A stretch of 63,233 nucleotides of DNA, the filler included, from Octopus bimaculoides (Eukaryota): the NCBI RefSeq assembly GCF_001194135.2. It is 7 parts of 7 records of this genome, joined end to end, with 100 filler letters (N's around TTAATTAATTAA, not from the genome) between each part and the next. Parts side by side here need not be neighbours in the genome. Positions count along the whole stretch, not along the records: positions 1 to 6,213 come from NC_069009.1; positions 6,314 to 11,640 come from NC_068991.1; 5 more parts are not named here. One strand, written 5' to 3'. Numbering within the stretch: position 1 is the stretch's first letter; each line of letters begins with the position of its first letter. The notes under the pieces were generated by a model. It searched no databases. It saw nothing but the letters and a program-made list of their open reading frames with translations, and was not told the DNA's origin. This document shows positions 1-11,327 of the stretch, piece by piece. The position numbers and the translations under genes are program-made.

Positions 1-429
1 CATAAAATACCATGACAGGCATGACACAATCTTGAACACCATCATCATCATAGCCAACAGAAGCATTACCAACAGCCTAATCATCCTCAATAACATATTC
101 ATATTCACCATTTAAATGCTAATCCCTATCGTTATCATAAGAATCACCGTTAACAATGTCACTCTCATTATCAGCATCATAAGATCTTCGTCATGAATAC
201 TGCCTCCATATGTTTTCACCTCTGCCTCATCATCGTATACATCACTATCAAGCTCACAACTACCACCATCTCTTTCAGTTTTCCTACACCCCTTCCCACA
301 TTTCCTCCTCCTCCTCCACCCTCATACAATTCATTGTGATTTGCTAATAAACTCTTCCTTCAACTTATTGTTTACCCAAAATTCTATCATAAATATTCTA
401 TAAGATTACTTCTAATCTTTATGTTCCAG

Positions 430-501
430 ATCCTTACAGTCGAATGATATCAAAGAAATCAAAGCAGATACCTTCAGAAATCTGTCCAGTTTAGAATATC
501 T
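430..501 (+). CDS. 72-nt leucine-rich-repeat exon (phase 2-2) of a multi-exon LRR gene
   Basis: Acceptor ttatgttccAG, donor GTaagt. Translates (x)SLQSNDIKEIKADTFRNLSSLEY(L), matching LxxNxIxxIxxxxFxxLxxLxxL. 72-nt phase-2 exons are typical of extracellular LRR genes. Confidence 0.9.
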
Positions 502-991
502 GTAAGTTCAATCTGTTTTCTTCTTTAGTATTTCATGGACGATATCTTTCTAAATTTCTATTATGTGCCCACCCTTCATTTTAAGCCCTTCACCCGTCAC
601 CATTCTCAATATCATATTCATATCCATGAATGAAATGCTAATCCCCATCACTATCATAAGAATCAACATTAACAACATCACTCTCATCACCAGCATCATA
701 TCTTTGTCACGAATACTAGCCCCATATATTTTCACCTCTGACATATCGTCATATTCATCACTATGAAGACCACAATTACCGCAATCTCTATCACCACAGT
801 TTTCCTCCTCCTCTTCTTCCCTCCGATGATTCATCGCCGTCATCATCAACATCATTATCGGTAACATCTTCGTAATAAAAGTAATCATCCTTGTGATTTG
901 CTGTACATCTCTTCCTTCATGTAATTGTTTACCCAATATTCTCTCATAAATATTCTATAAAATTGCTTCTAATATCAATTTTATGTTTTAG

Positions 992-1063
992 ATCTTTGGG
1001 TGCTAATCATATCAAGGAAATCAAAGCAGACACCTTCCAAAATCTGTCCAGTTTAACACGACT
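992..1063 (+). CDS. Second 72-nt LRR exon (phase 2-2)
   Basis: Acceptor ttatgttttAG, donor GTaagt. Translates (x)SLGANHIKEIKADTFQNLSSLTR(L). Paralogous to the exon at 430-501. Confidence 0.9.
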
Positions 1064-1589
1064 GTAAGTTGAATCACTTTTCTTTTTAGTATTTCATTGA
1101 CGATATCTTTTTCAATCTATATTAGGCCCCCATCCTTCATTTTCGAGCTCTCTCGCCCGTCCTTCCAAAGAAGTGTTTTGTTGTTTGTGAATTTGAGAGT
1201 GTGCGTGTGGGTCCGTTTCTGAAATATGGTATATGTGAGTACCTGATACAACACGGAAACTATTTACTGAATGCATGTGTATATGCCTGTGTATGTTTAC
1301 AATCTTTCTCTATCCGAACCGTGTTGTTCTTTGTAAATCACTGCGAAAGCTGTGGAGGGCCGTTCCTGAGATTTCTGATATATCAGCGTGTGACAATTGA
1401 AGGGAAACTTGTATTTCAAATTATGTCATTGTGTATATTATATGTAAGGGGTGGCTGTGTATGTGGTTGTGTGTATGTGTCTGTGTATGGATGCGTGTAA
1501 GCTAGCGTAGCAAAATATGTGTATTACCGTCTCGATGTCTTGTACAGTATTTATGCCTCCGTCACAATTAATTTAACATCCAAGTCTTA

Positions 1590-2389
1590 GTTTTCTTCTG
1601 TTTCTTCTTCCTCTTCTCCTTTTTCTGCTTCGCCTTCTTGTTCTCTTCCTTTTCGTTATCTTTCTCATCTCCTTCTTCTTCATCTTCCTCATCTTCTTCT
1701 ATTTCTTCTTCATCTTCTTTTCTTCCTCCTACTCCTCCTTTTGCTATTTGTTTTCTTCATTTCTTCTTCTTCTTCTCTCACTCGTTCCTCTTGTTTTTCT
1801 CTTTCTCCTCCATTTTATTCATTTATTTCTTTCTTCTTGATTTTTTCCTTCTTTTATTGTCTTCTTCTTCCTGTCCTTCTCCTTTTTCTTCTTCTTGATC
1901 TACGTCTTTCATTTTCTGTTTCTTCCAATTCTTCTTCTTCTTCTTCTTCTTCTTTTGTCTTCTACTTTTGTCTTCGTCTTCTTCTTGATGTTCTTTCTTC
2001 TACTTCTTCTTCATCTCTTTTTTATTCATCTCTTTTTCATCCTCCTCCTCCTCCTTTTACTTCCTGATCTCTTCCTACGTTTCTTTTCTTCTTTTTCTTT
2101 CTTTTCTTCTTTTTCTTCGTCTTCTCCTCTACCAGCATCTTCATTTCCTCCTACCCTGCCCTTTGCATTTTCTTCTTCTACTTGCTCTTCTTCTCTTCCC
2201 CCTCCTACGCCTACTCCTTTTTCTTCTTCCTCCCCTTGATCTTCTATTCCTTCTTTTCTTCTTCTTTTCCTTCTTCTTTCCTTTCATCTTGATCTTCCTT
2301 TCCGTCCTTTCCTTTCCTCATTTTATTCTTCTTTTTCTGATTTTCTCCTTCTTGATCCTCGTCTTTCACTTTTCTTCTTCGCTTTCTTC
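1590..2389. repeat. (CTT)n/pyrimidine-rich low-complexity tract
   Basis: Degenerate TTC/CTT repeats; source of the poly-S/F/L ORFs. Confidence 0.9.
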
Positions 2390-2695
2390 NNNNNNNNNNN
2401 NNNNNNNNNNNNNNNNNNNNNNNNNNNNNNNNNNNNNNNNNNNNNNNNNNNNNNNNNNNNNNNNNNNNNNNNNNNNNNNNNNNNNNNNNTATATATCACT
2501 AGCTATTCCACGTTTTCTAGTCGAATATTGCTTCCATTACTATTGCACCTTCTGCGTGTGCCGCTAAGATGTGTGGGCATGCATGTCTGTTTCTCTGCGT
2601 GTGTGTGCGTGTGTGTATGTGTGTGATAATCTTAAACTGTTATCACTGTGTTCTGCTTCTTTATTCGGTTATTTTATTGTTCTTTTTCTAAACAG

Positions 2696-2772
2696 TACGG
2701 AATACAGGAGAACTCCTTCACTCTGCATTGGATGTTGTAAAGGATGGACTGGCAGGCCTGGAAAGTGCAGAG
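2696..2772 (+). CDS. 77-nt exon (phase 2 to 1) with CCxGW motif (EMI/MEGF-like Cys-rich segment), probably the same gene as the LRR exons
   Basis: Acceptor tctttttctaaacAG, donor AG|GTaagg. Open reading TEYRRTPSLCIGCCKGWTGRPGKCR; phase matches the LRR exon donor. Confidence 0.7.
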
Positions 2773-3499
2773 GTAAGGAATATGAGTTTAATTCTGACCG
2801 GATGTTACGTGTAGATAAGGGCTAGCGTTTTTATATTTTATGCTCTAACAGGTGAACGATAGCGTCGTTATTACTTACGTTTTGATAGTACGTACATGAA
2901 AAGAAGCGTCGTTTTTGTCATTTTGGCTATTATGGTGTTCTGTGATAATTTTCAGCCCAATTTCCGATGAATTTTCCTTTCGGTATCTCTTTATTTCTAG
3001 AATTGAATCAGCTTCCACTTCAAGGAAACGTAATATCTATCCTCAAAAATCTGAGTTAAGGATAATTCCCAAAATTTCAATACCCATGTTTGTCGGAAAG
3101 ATGATGAGATACTCCTTGCTGCAATTGACAATAGAATGCCTCTATATGTCTTCTTCATAGAGGAATCTAACTTCGACAGGGCCATATTATATGGCATGTG
3201 GGACATAGTTGATGTCACTCAAAATGCCTCTCAATCGCTTTTCTAATTTCAGTGTGTGTGTGACTCTTTCCTCTCAATGGTTTCCATCCGACAGGCACCG
3301 TGATACCATTCTGCTCTCGCCTGTTTTTCTGATGTTCATCAAACTATTTTATGGCGGCAGCAAAGACACTTATTCATTTTCAAAGGCGACGAATTTCAAA
3401 AGCTTACACAACCTAAAAACGACATAACTCCTTCTTCCGCACTAAATATGATACAAGCAATTTGTAATAATAGTAAAAAATAATAATGAAAATAATAAA

Positions 3500-4910
3500 A
3501 ACATGGCAGTCTACCACGTATGAAATTGTACGATACATCCTCGTGGAGAAACACAAATTTATGGAACAGAATGATATTTTCCCCACTGAGAAGAATGAGG
3601 GCCGACGAGTCTCATATGGATGCAGAGACCAACTCTTAATCAAAGGCATGATCCTTGAGAATTGTCATAACAAATGCAGAAATCTCAGTTCCGCATGGAT
3701 GATAAAAAGGCTTTTGACAGCATACAGTATTCACAGATCTTGAAATCACTGGATATCTTCAAAATTTCTCCTATAATTTAAAACTCCTTGAAGCGCAGTG
3801 TCAGTGTGGAATACAAATCTCCAGTTATACCACTCTAATGGAGTGCTGACCACAAACAATATTAATATCAACTGCGGCATTTTCTAAGGTGACTGACTTA
3901 AACCTCTAATTTTTTGCATAGCCCTTATTTCCCTTATAAGTGAACTTCTAAGAACAGGATAAAGGTATAACATTGACAAGAAAATAATCAGTCTATTTTA
4001 AATGGAGGACTTAAAACTCTATGGCAAATAGGATAATGTACGTGAAGGGCTATTACGTACAGTGAAAGCATTCAGTGATGACATCGGGATGGAATTTGGT
4101 TTTGATAAATATGACAAAGCCAATTTCCAAGAAAGGAAATCGAACACCTCGCTTTCAATGGTGTTAGATGCTGACACAGTTATAAAAGACCTTGATCACG
4201 AACAAACTTACAAATACCTTGGAATAAATTAGGGCTCTGGTATCCAGCATGCAAGCATGAAAGAGAATAAAAGATGGGAAAGTTCGAGCAGTTCTAATAT
4301 CTGAATTAATCGCCCGCTACATGGTGTTAACCATTAATTCCTTAGCATTTACAGTTGTTATTTATAGTTTGAATGTGTTGAACCGGAATATCAGCGAAAT
4401 AAGGAAAATTGACAACAAAATCAATAAGCTGCTGACGTGCAATAAGATACATCACCCAAAGGCAGGCGCAGATCGTTTTTAACCTGTCAGAACTGGAGGA
4501 GGTTGAGGCTTGATCCAATTTGAAATCTCCTACAAAATCATCACAATCGGATTGGCCAAATATCTTAAAACATCTAACGAGTGGATGCTAAAAACTCAGC
4601 AAACAATTGCTAGTGGGTTCATGTATGATGCCCAGGTTCATCAACATGATGGAAATGCGGCAATTGTTGTTACAAAGAAGCTGAAATCGATGCAAAAGAA
4701 TTTGATAAACTCAGAAAATATAAAGAATTGCTGATCGAAATCGAAAAGAAGTGGCATCTCAAGACGGTTGCATTACCTGTGATTGCAGGAGTAATTGGAA
4801 TGATCAAAAAAGCAACTAAGAATTAATTGAGGATGATCACTGTCTTACCATCCATGCATGAAGTGCAAAAGATTATCTTAATTTGTACCTCAGACGTTTT
4901 GAGAAGTTCA
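3500..4910 (+). mobile_element. Decayed R4/Dong-type non-LTR retrotransposon (RT plus C-terminal RLE end, internal deletion)
   Basis: Frameshifted motifs: SYGCRDQLLI, KAFDS, GIF*GD, DLKLYG, FSDDIGMEFG, YKYLG, HHPK..DR..GG.GLIQFEISYK. Then KEFDKLRKYKELLIEIEKKW..PVIAGVIGMI..EVQKIIL. Confidence 0.85.
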
Positions 4911-5217
4911 TTTTTTCTGTTGCTATTCCATAATGTTGGCATAGCTTCCAGTGTATATAGGTCCCAGCTCTGTCGTGTCTGTGAATATATTCCTTCTTAG
5001 CCAGGACTGGGCAGCCAGAGATAATATGATTTATTGTTTCTTGTCGATCTCCACATATTCTACAGTTACTTGTTATATTTCTTTTCATTATGTGTTTTTG
5101 GTAATTTCTGGTGGGGAGGCTTTGGTCTTGTGCAGCAATTAAAAATCCTTCAGTCTCTGCTTTGAGTCCTGAGCTTCTCAGCCATTGCTGGGATTTTTCT
5201 CTGTCTATTTCTTTCGC
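4905..5217 (-). mobile_element. R4/Dong-type fragment with CCHC zinc knuckle
   Basis: Open frame QWLRSSGLKAETEGFLIAAQDQSLPTRNY...CRICGDRQETINHIISGCPVLAKKEYIHRHD...IHWKLC. Confidence 0.9.
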
Positions 5218-5669
5218 NNNNNNNNNNNNNNNNNNNNNNNNNNNNNNNNNNNNNNNNNNNNNNNNNNNNNNNNNNNNNNNNNNNNNNNNNNNNNNNNNNN
5301 NNNNNNNNNNNNNNNNNNNNNNNNNNNNNNNNNNNNNNNNNNNNNNNNNNNNNNNNNNNNNNNNNNNNNNNNNNNNNNNNNNNNNNNNNNNNNNNNNNNN
5401 NNNNNNNNNNNNNNNNNNNNNNNNNNNNNNNNNNNNNNNNNNNNNNNNNNNNNNNNNNNNNNNNNNNNNNNNNNNNNNNNNNNNNNNNNNNNNNNNNNNN
5501 NNNNNNNNNNNNNNNNNNNNNNNNNNNNNNNNNNNNNNNNNNNNNNNNNNNNNNNNNNNNNNNNNNNNNNNNNNNNNNNNNNNNNNNNNNNNNNNNNNNN
5601 NNNNNNNNNNNNNNNNNNNNNNNNNNNNNNNNNNNNNNNNNNNNNNNNNNNNNNNNNNNATGTTTGACT

Positions 5670-5925
5670 TTTGTTTTGCATTTGTACAAGTTGGATCCAA
5701 GTCTCACCCAGAGACCTCAAGAGACAACAATTTAGAAGTTCATGTAGGTGTTATGCCTCGGGTACCATATATTTCGATTTGTACATAGTGTTGTTCTAGA
5801 GAATGGAACCACTTGAATATTCCGGAAATGCTCGAAAAGTAAGATGTGTTACCTTAGTTCACTGGTAGTGAACAGCTGACATCGTAGTACATCTCCAGCG
5901 TTAGAAACTCTGCAAAGCAATGGTG
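5670..5925 (-). mobile_element. Short retroposon fragment (3' UTR-like end) running into the gap
   Basis: Minus strand ends gtctcttgaggtctctgggtgagacttggatcc...aaagtcaaac; recognised from memory as a retroelement 3' end. Confidence 0.4.
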
Positions 5926-6149
5926 ATGATGATGATGAGGAGGAGGAGGAGCCGGAGGACCAGGAGGAGGAGGAACAGGAGGAGGAGGACCAGGAGGAGG
6001 AGGACCAGGAGGACGAGGAGGACGAGGACGACGACGACGAGGAGGACGACGAGGAGGAGGACGAGGAGGAGGACGAAGTGGAGGAGGACGAGGAGGTCGA
6101 GGAGGAGGCGGAGGAGGAGGACGAGGGGGATGTGATGATGATGATAATG

Positions 6150-6180
<31 letters not shown>
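5925..6180. repeat. Compound (GAT)/(GAG/GAC)/(AAT) trinucleotide microsatellite
   Basis: Directly visible. Confidence 0.95.
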
Positions 6181-6182
<2 letters not shown>

Positions 6183-8150
6183 TATCTGTTTTCTATACAT
6201 GCCAAAACTTTGTNNNNNNNNNNNNNNNNNNNNNNNNNNNNNNNNNNNNNNNNNNNNTTAATTAATTAANNNNNNNNNNNNNNNNNNNNNNNNNNNNNNN
6301 NNNNNNNNNNNNNGCTGATAGTGCGTTATTCTTCCTCTCTTTAATCAAACAGATCGTGCAAGTTATTATTGTCAGTCATCTGTACAGGATGACTAGATGG
6401 TCCTCGTCGGATCGACGGGCGAAAATGGAAGACTACAGCAACCGAATGAGCCGTAGAATTCACTTTAAACGTCTGTAGAGTTGAATACCATCAGCTATTC
6501 AGTTATTGTTGCACCTCTGATTACTTCATCTTTACGAACCAATGAGGGAATCTCTACATGGCAGCTCGACATACCAAAAATCTTATCAATATTCCTTAAA
6601 TCACACGTTACCGTCGTAAATAAAGACGTATTCGCTGGTACACAATTCTGAAAAGGATTCAATGGGTTTAATTGTGTATTAAAGTCATTTAGTATATCTT
6701 GAGGTATCTACTGTGGGGTGACACACTGCGATAAAGTATCTGTTTAAAGCTAGGAAGTATGAATGAGTGACAATTGAGCACTTTCACCGTGGACTCAGAC
6801 AAGCGAGTTATTCTTAGTTAAAAAAATCAACAACGTATCGAATCAGTTATCTACCAATGTTAAATAGTGGTGTTGTGTGTGCGTGAGAAAGGAGTGAGAA
6901 AGAGAGTGGTTAACATATGAAACTGTAAACAAACTGAAAATCCCTCTTAGGAAGTGTTATAATAATTTCCAAATGCAGAAACAATAGAATTTTCGTCATG
7001 GAGAATACTTGTCTTACTAATGGCCGGTTGGTTGAAAGGTCTGATATTTAAAAGGTGAGCTTCATAAGTTGGTCAATGCTGAGAGAGACTGAATCTCGGA
7101 ATCCGAGGAACGAGCTGTTGAATTGCCTGTGTGCTAGTTCTTAAAAGAACTACTAGCCATATCTTAACTGGTGAGAAGTTCTTAAAAGAGCTGAAAGGGA
7201 AGTTTACCATAGTCACCTTCAGCACTACTCTCCGATTTTCCAAGAAACTCTGAATATCGGTGTGTCATATGGCTGTCAATATAGATTGGAAACAGTAGCG
7301 GCAGGCGTTTCGTACAAAAGTTTGTAGTGACAATACCAATAATAATATTTGTTGATATTGATCGTGCCAGCAATAAATACTGCTATTGCTCTCTCCGTTG
7401 TGCAGTTCTGATGAAATGGATACTCAATGAACTGAGTAGCAAATATTCCTATTGTTAAGACTTATTAGTCACATTGGAATAGGTAAGTAGAAGCTCGAAG
7501 TATGAGGCAATATACAGATGAAAAGCTTGTTGCAGGCCGTTAATGCCATTTTCTGTGTATTTCTTAAAGTGATATACTCGATAATTCTGAACATTATGTT
7601 TTAGGAACATGCAGTGGCCTCACAATAGCTTAGTTATGTATTCAAGAAGCTAGCGATCTTGGTTTGCGGAATCTAGTACCAGCATGTTGGAACCAATTTC
7701 CACAAACCTAGACTAGTAATCATCATATTGTGCTTCTACTAAAGCTGTGTAAACGTTGAAGTCAGGGATCATGTAGTGCAACAAAGATTCGGGATGATTT
7801 AATGTAGAGAGGATGCTGTTTTCGTTAAGACACAATTCTGGCCTGAATGTGTTCTCAGATACCATAATCCATAAAGGGCAGCTGCCGAAAGAAGTAGAAT
7901 CGATTAGAATTTTTATAAAATTCCGTATCATTAAGAGTTCCAGGTTCAATTGATCCGTTGGAAAATTGTTGGAATATATAACCACAGAGTAAATCCCTTG
8001 GCAGAGACAGTTTATCTCTAAAAGCTGACTATAATTTTGCTGTGTCATTTTCACAGCTGATATCAATTGTAATTTTACTGACTCAAACTGTTTGGCCATG
8101 TTGCTCGATTTTCCGAATTAGACCATGCTTAGCGTATTCTCTTCACTGTA

Positions 8151-8352
8151 GAGACACGTGGCTCGGTGGTTAGTGTGATAGACTCATAATCGTAAGATTG
8201 TGGTTTCGAATCCTGGACCGGGTGACGCGCTGTGTTCTTGAGCAAATCACTGCATTTCACGTTGCTCCAGTCCACTCAGCTAGCAAAAATGAGTAATCTT
8301 GCGACTGACCGACGTCCCGTCCAGATGGGGAATATATACGCCATGAAACCGG
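8151..8352 (+). mobile_element. tRNA-derived SINE with CORE-like body
   Basis: A box TGGCTCGGTGG (8159-8169), B box GGTTTCGAATCC (8202-8213), followed by tgtgttcttgagcaaatcac...tgctccagtccactcagct. No 3' acceptor stem. Confidence 0.8.
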
Positions 8353-9232
8353 TGCTTGTGAGTCGGTATGATTCGAGAAGATAAGTTTACTTTTACCTTT
8401 TGTTCTCGTCACTGAAGATCCGGCTGAGTTGACGGCTTGTGTTGGTCGACCACATGCCACATGACCACAGCAGATGAGGAAGTATTACGTGGAGATAGGA
8501 ATTGACTGGGACTCCACTCTACGGGTCGCCCGGGAACATACCGATGAATGCAGCAACACGCTGCAACAGCACATGCAGCCACACGTCAGCTGATCTGATA
8601 GGAATTGATACTGTGTAGTATATTATCGTTTGCAAAGTTTTCAAGTGTTGTTTGCTGAACTGTTAATTGACTGTTAACTCCAAATTGCTGCTTTTTATTG
8701 ATCAACAGACAAATATAGTATACTGGAAAGTACATTTACGAATGGTTTGCCTATAAAACAAGGAAGAATGCTAAGTGTGTGGCAGTATAGTTTCGTATGT
8801 TTATTGGTGCATAAGGAAACTCTACAAGCAGCGTTAGCAGATTGCTTGAGATGAAGTAGCTAGTGTGGTAGCAAGACCTATGGATTTTCTTTCTAGGTAT
8901 ATGACATGGCCAACGTCCTGTAATTATTTGAAAGTGAAGCAGTGGTATATAAGTAATTAAAGAAATAGTGATAGAGAGAGACAAGAAGAGTGAAGGGTAG
9001 AACGACTAACGACGCGAGAAAGAGAGAGAGAAGGAGAGAAAGAAGGGAAGAAAGAGACCATTAGAGCAAAAGAACTTCGAATTAGTTACTAAATGGACAA
9101 CTAAAGAAATTTGAAGAAATATCGAGATTAGAAATTCTCTTCTTTGTACGATACAAGAGTATATGGCACACCAGTGACCTCCTACTTTTTTACTTTCGCT
9201 TCCAATTCTATTCTGTGAATGAATCTTCTCGA

Positions 9233-9235
<3 letters not shown>

Positions 9236-9310
<75 letters not shown>
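9236..9310. repeat. (GA)n microsatellite
   Basis: Directly visible. Confidence 0.95.
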
Positions 9311-9313
<3 letters not shown>

Positions 9314-9407
9314 AAATGAACATCTATTTCACTTTACAAGCGAATGTTAAGTTTAATGTCAGTCTACAAAAGAAAATTAAAATGATTTGCTAGATACGAC
9401 AACTAAC

Positions 9408-9569
9408 CTTCACCGTTTCTTGATTTGGAGCAAACTTGCTTCACGCACGTAACTAGACCGGAACCGGAACACTGACATTTGCTGCAGCCATCTGCACCCT
9501 CAAATTCCTCTTCCACTTGGTATGTATGTTCATTGTAAATGCAGACCGTCTGCGGAGTGGGCGCGGGAT
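9408..9569 (-). CDS. 162-nt phase 1-1 exon encoding a six-Cys VWC/pacifastin-like module
   Basis: Acceptor attgtctttcatAG, donor AAG|GTtagt. Translates (D)PAPTPQTVCIYNEHTYQVEEEFEGADGCSKCQCSGSGLVTCVKQVCSKSRNGE(G); spacing C-x17-C-x2-C-x-C-x7-C-x4-C. Confidence 0.85.
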
Positions 9570-9618
9570 CTATGAAAGACAATATCACTTTGTTAGTAAA
9601 TGATCTGAAACCATTAGC

Positions 9619-9735
9619 TTCTACTACTACTACTACTACTACTACAACAACACCACCAGCAGCAGCAACACCAGCAGCAGCAGCAACAACAACAGCAACA
9701 GCAACAGCAACAACAACAACAACAACAGCAACAGC

Positions 9736-9772
<37 letters not shown>

Positions 9773-9793
9773 TCATCATCATCATCATCATCA
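9619..9793. repeat. Compound (CTA)/(CAG/CAA)/(CAT) microsatellite
   Basis: Directly visible; source of the poly-T/A ORF at 9539-9928. Confidence 0.95.
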
Positions 9794-10083
9794 TTCCTCT
9801 TTGTTTTATTGCAAAAGCGAATACAGCTGTGTACGCTTTTGGCTACTTGCGGCGTCTTTTGCTTTTCTTTTCATGCTGCATTGAAAATAGCTTCCCTAAT
9901 ATGTGTGTGTGTGTGTGTGTCTGTGTAAGGTGTATGTGTATGTGTAAGGTGTGTGTGTATATGTGCCGTGCTTACTATTGATATTTCTCTCTGTTATTAA
10001 CGCAAGTCCTGGGGTTTTGGTTATTTTTTTTTTGTATTTAACATACATACTTGTACATATACAGACGTGCATATATGTGTGTA

Positions 10084-10118
<35 letters not shown>

Positions 10119-10322
10119 ATATATATGAAATTTAAATTATACCCAATATGTATCTAGGAATTCCTGATCTAGATCCAGCGACGAAAGTGCAGTAATGTAG
10201 ATGACGCCTGGTATCCATTAGGTGGTGAACATACTCTGCAGGCACACTACCTGGGGCTCACTCGAAACAAGGTTTGGATGCTGCATTTTAATTAATGTCT
10301 CCTTTCTAAACCTTAATTTTTA

Positions 10323-10418
<96 letters not shown>

Positions 10419-10420
10419 TA

Positions 10421-10785
10421 TGGAGACGCAATAGCCTAGTGGTTAGGGCAGCGGACTCGCGGTCAAAGGATCGCGGTTTCGATTCCCAGACCGGACGTTG
10501 TGAGTGTTTATTGAGCGAAAACACCTAAAGCTTCACGAGGATCCGACAGAAAGTGGTGGTGAACCCTGCTGTATTCTTTCGCCACAACTTTCTTTCACTC
10601 TTTCTTCCTGTTTCTATTGTACCTGTATTTCAAAGGGCCAGCCTTGTCACACTTTGTGTCACGCTGAATTTTCCCGAGAACTACATTAAGGGTACACGTG
10701 TCAGTGGAGTGCTCAGCCACTTGCACGTTAAATTCACGAGCATGCTGTTCAACTGGAACCCTGGTCGTCGTAACCGACGGAGTGC
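10421..10785 (+). mobile_element. tRNA(Arg)-like SINE, full length
   Basis: A box TAGCCTAGTGG, anticodon-like gacTCGcggtc, B box GGTTTCGATTCC. Second copy at 63047-63233. Inserted directly after (CA)n. Confidence 0.85.
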
Positions 10786-11139
10786 TATACACGCACGCAC
10801 ACACACACAGACACACATATATAGGGGTAAATCAAAATTGAAAAGCAAAAAAAGAAACAGTTAGACGTACACCGTGAATATATTAGATTAACACTCAGTG
10901 AAAGTTATAGGTGGAAAAATAGGAGTGGGAATGACATTTCGAGTATGGCTCTTCGTCGGAAAGAGGAAACGTCTAGAAAGGAAGAAAAGGAGGAAGGAGA
11001 AGATAGTTCGGAGAAAAGTACGCGTCTCGTTACATGGCGGAAATATAACTGACGGGTAGTTGGAGAGAGGGATGTTCATCAAAGATTTCCTGTAACCCAC
11101 TTCCCAAGGACTGGGATAAAGGAAACTTGGCATAATTAT

Positions 11140-11327
11140 TAGTCCTTCTCATAGCTATCACCAATGGTGATAGCTATGTAGCTGCTTTATGCAGCTGTGA
11201 AAACCTTGTCTGTAGAAGTCAGTAGGTTGCGTCTAGAGCCAAGACTTTACGTTGGAAATAAGTTGAGCACCATCCGAAAAGTGCTTCCCCTTGATGGCTA
11301 GAAAAAGGTAGAAGTCAGTGCGAGGTC
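11140..11327 (-). mobile_element. mariner transposase C-terminal remnant
   Basis: Minus strand DLA..DFYLFLAIKGKHFSDGAQLISNVKSWL..QPTDFYRQG matches the end of a mariner DDD domain. Confidence 0.75.

Larger units (their letters stand above)
1..1140 (+). repeat. Tandem duplication of an exon+intron unit, period about 562 bp
   Basis: Intronic sequence in 1-~570 aligns by eye with ~575-1140 (e.g. aatgctaatccc..atcataagaatca, attgtttaccca..attct.tcataaatattctataa, ttctttagtatttcat.gacgatatcttt). Confidence 0.9.

Noticed and set aside
550-936. 128-aa minus-strand ORF and the similar ORF at 563-766
   Set aside because: Low-complexity reading of the CAT/CCT-rich intron between the LRR exons.
1638-2567. 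Poly-Ser/Phe/Leu ORFs, and all HT/YI/CV/X-rich ORFs elsewhere
   Set aside because: Translations of microsatellites or N gaps.
6258-6269. TTAATTAATTAA embedded in N runs (also 11685, 16026, 35209, 44334, 58467)
   Set aside because: Centred in N runs (44 N on each side where counted, 100 bp total) and gives stops in all six frames. It is an assembly spacer, not a biological motif.
7406-7482. 77-nt segment with good acceptor and GTAAGT donor
   Set aside because: Stops in all three frames; at most a non-coding exon.
7182-8099. Two minus-strand ORFs in the same frame
   Set aside because: Several intervening stops and no recognisable motif; may be UTR.
8151-8220. tRNA-like sequences (also 10421, 22040, 40417, 63047)
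   Set aside because: A/B boxes are present but there is no closing acceptor stem, and each continues into a repeat body. They are SINE-type heads, not tRNA genes.
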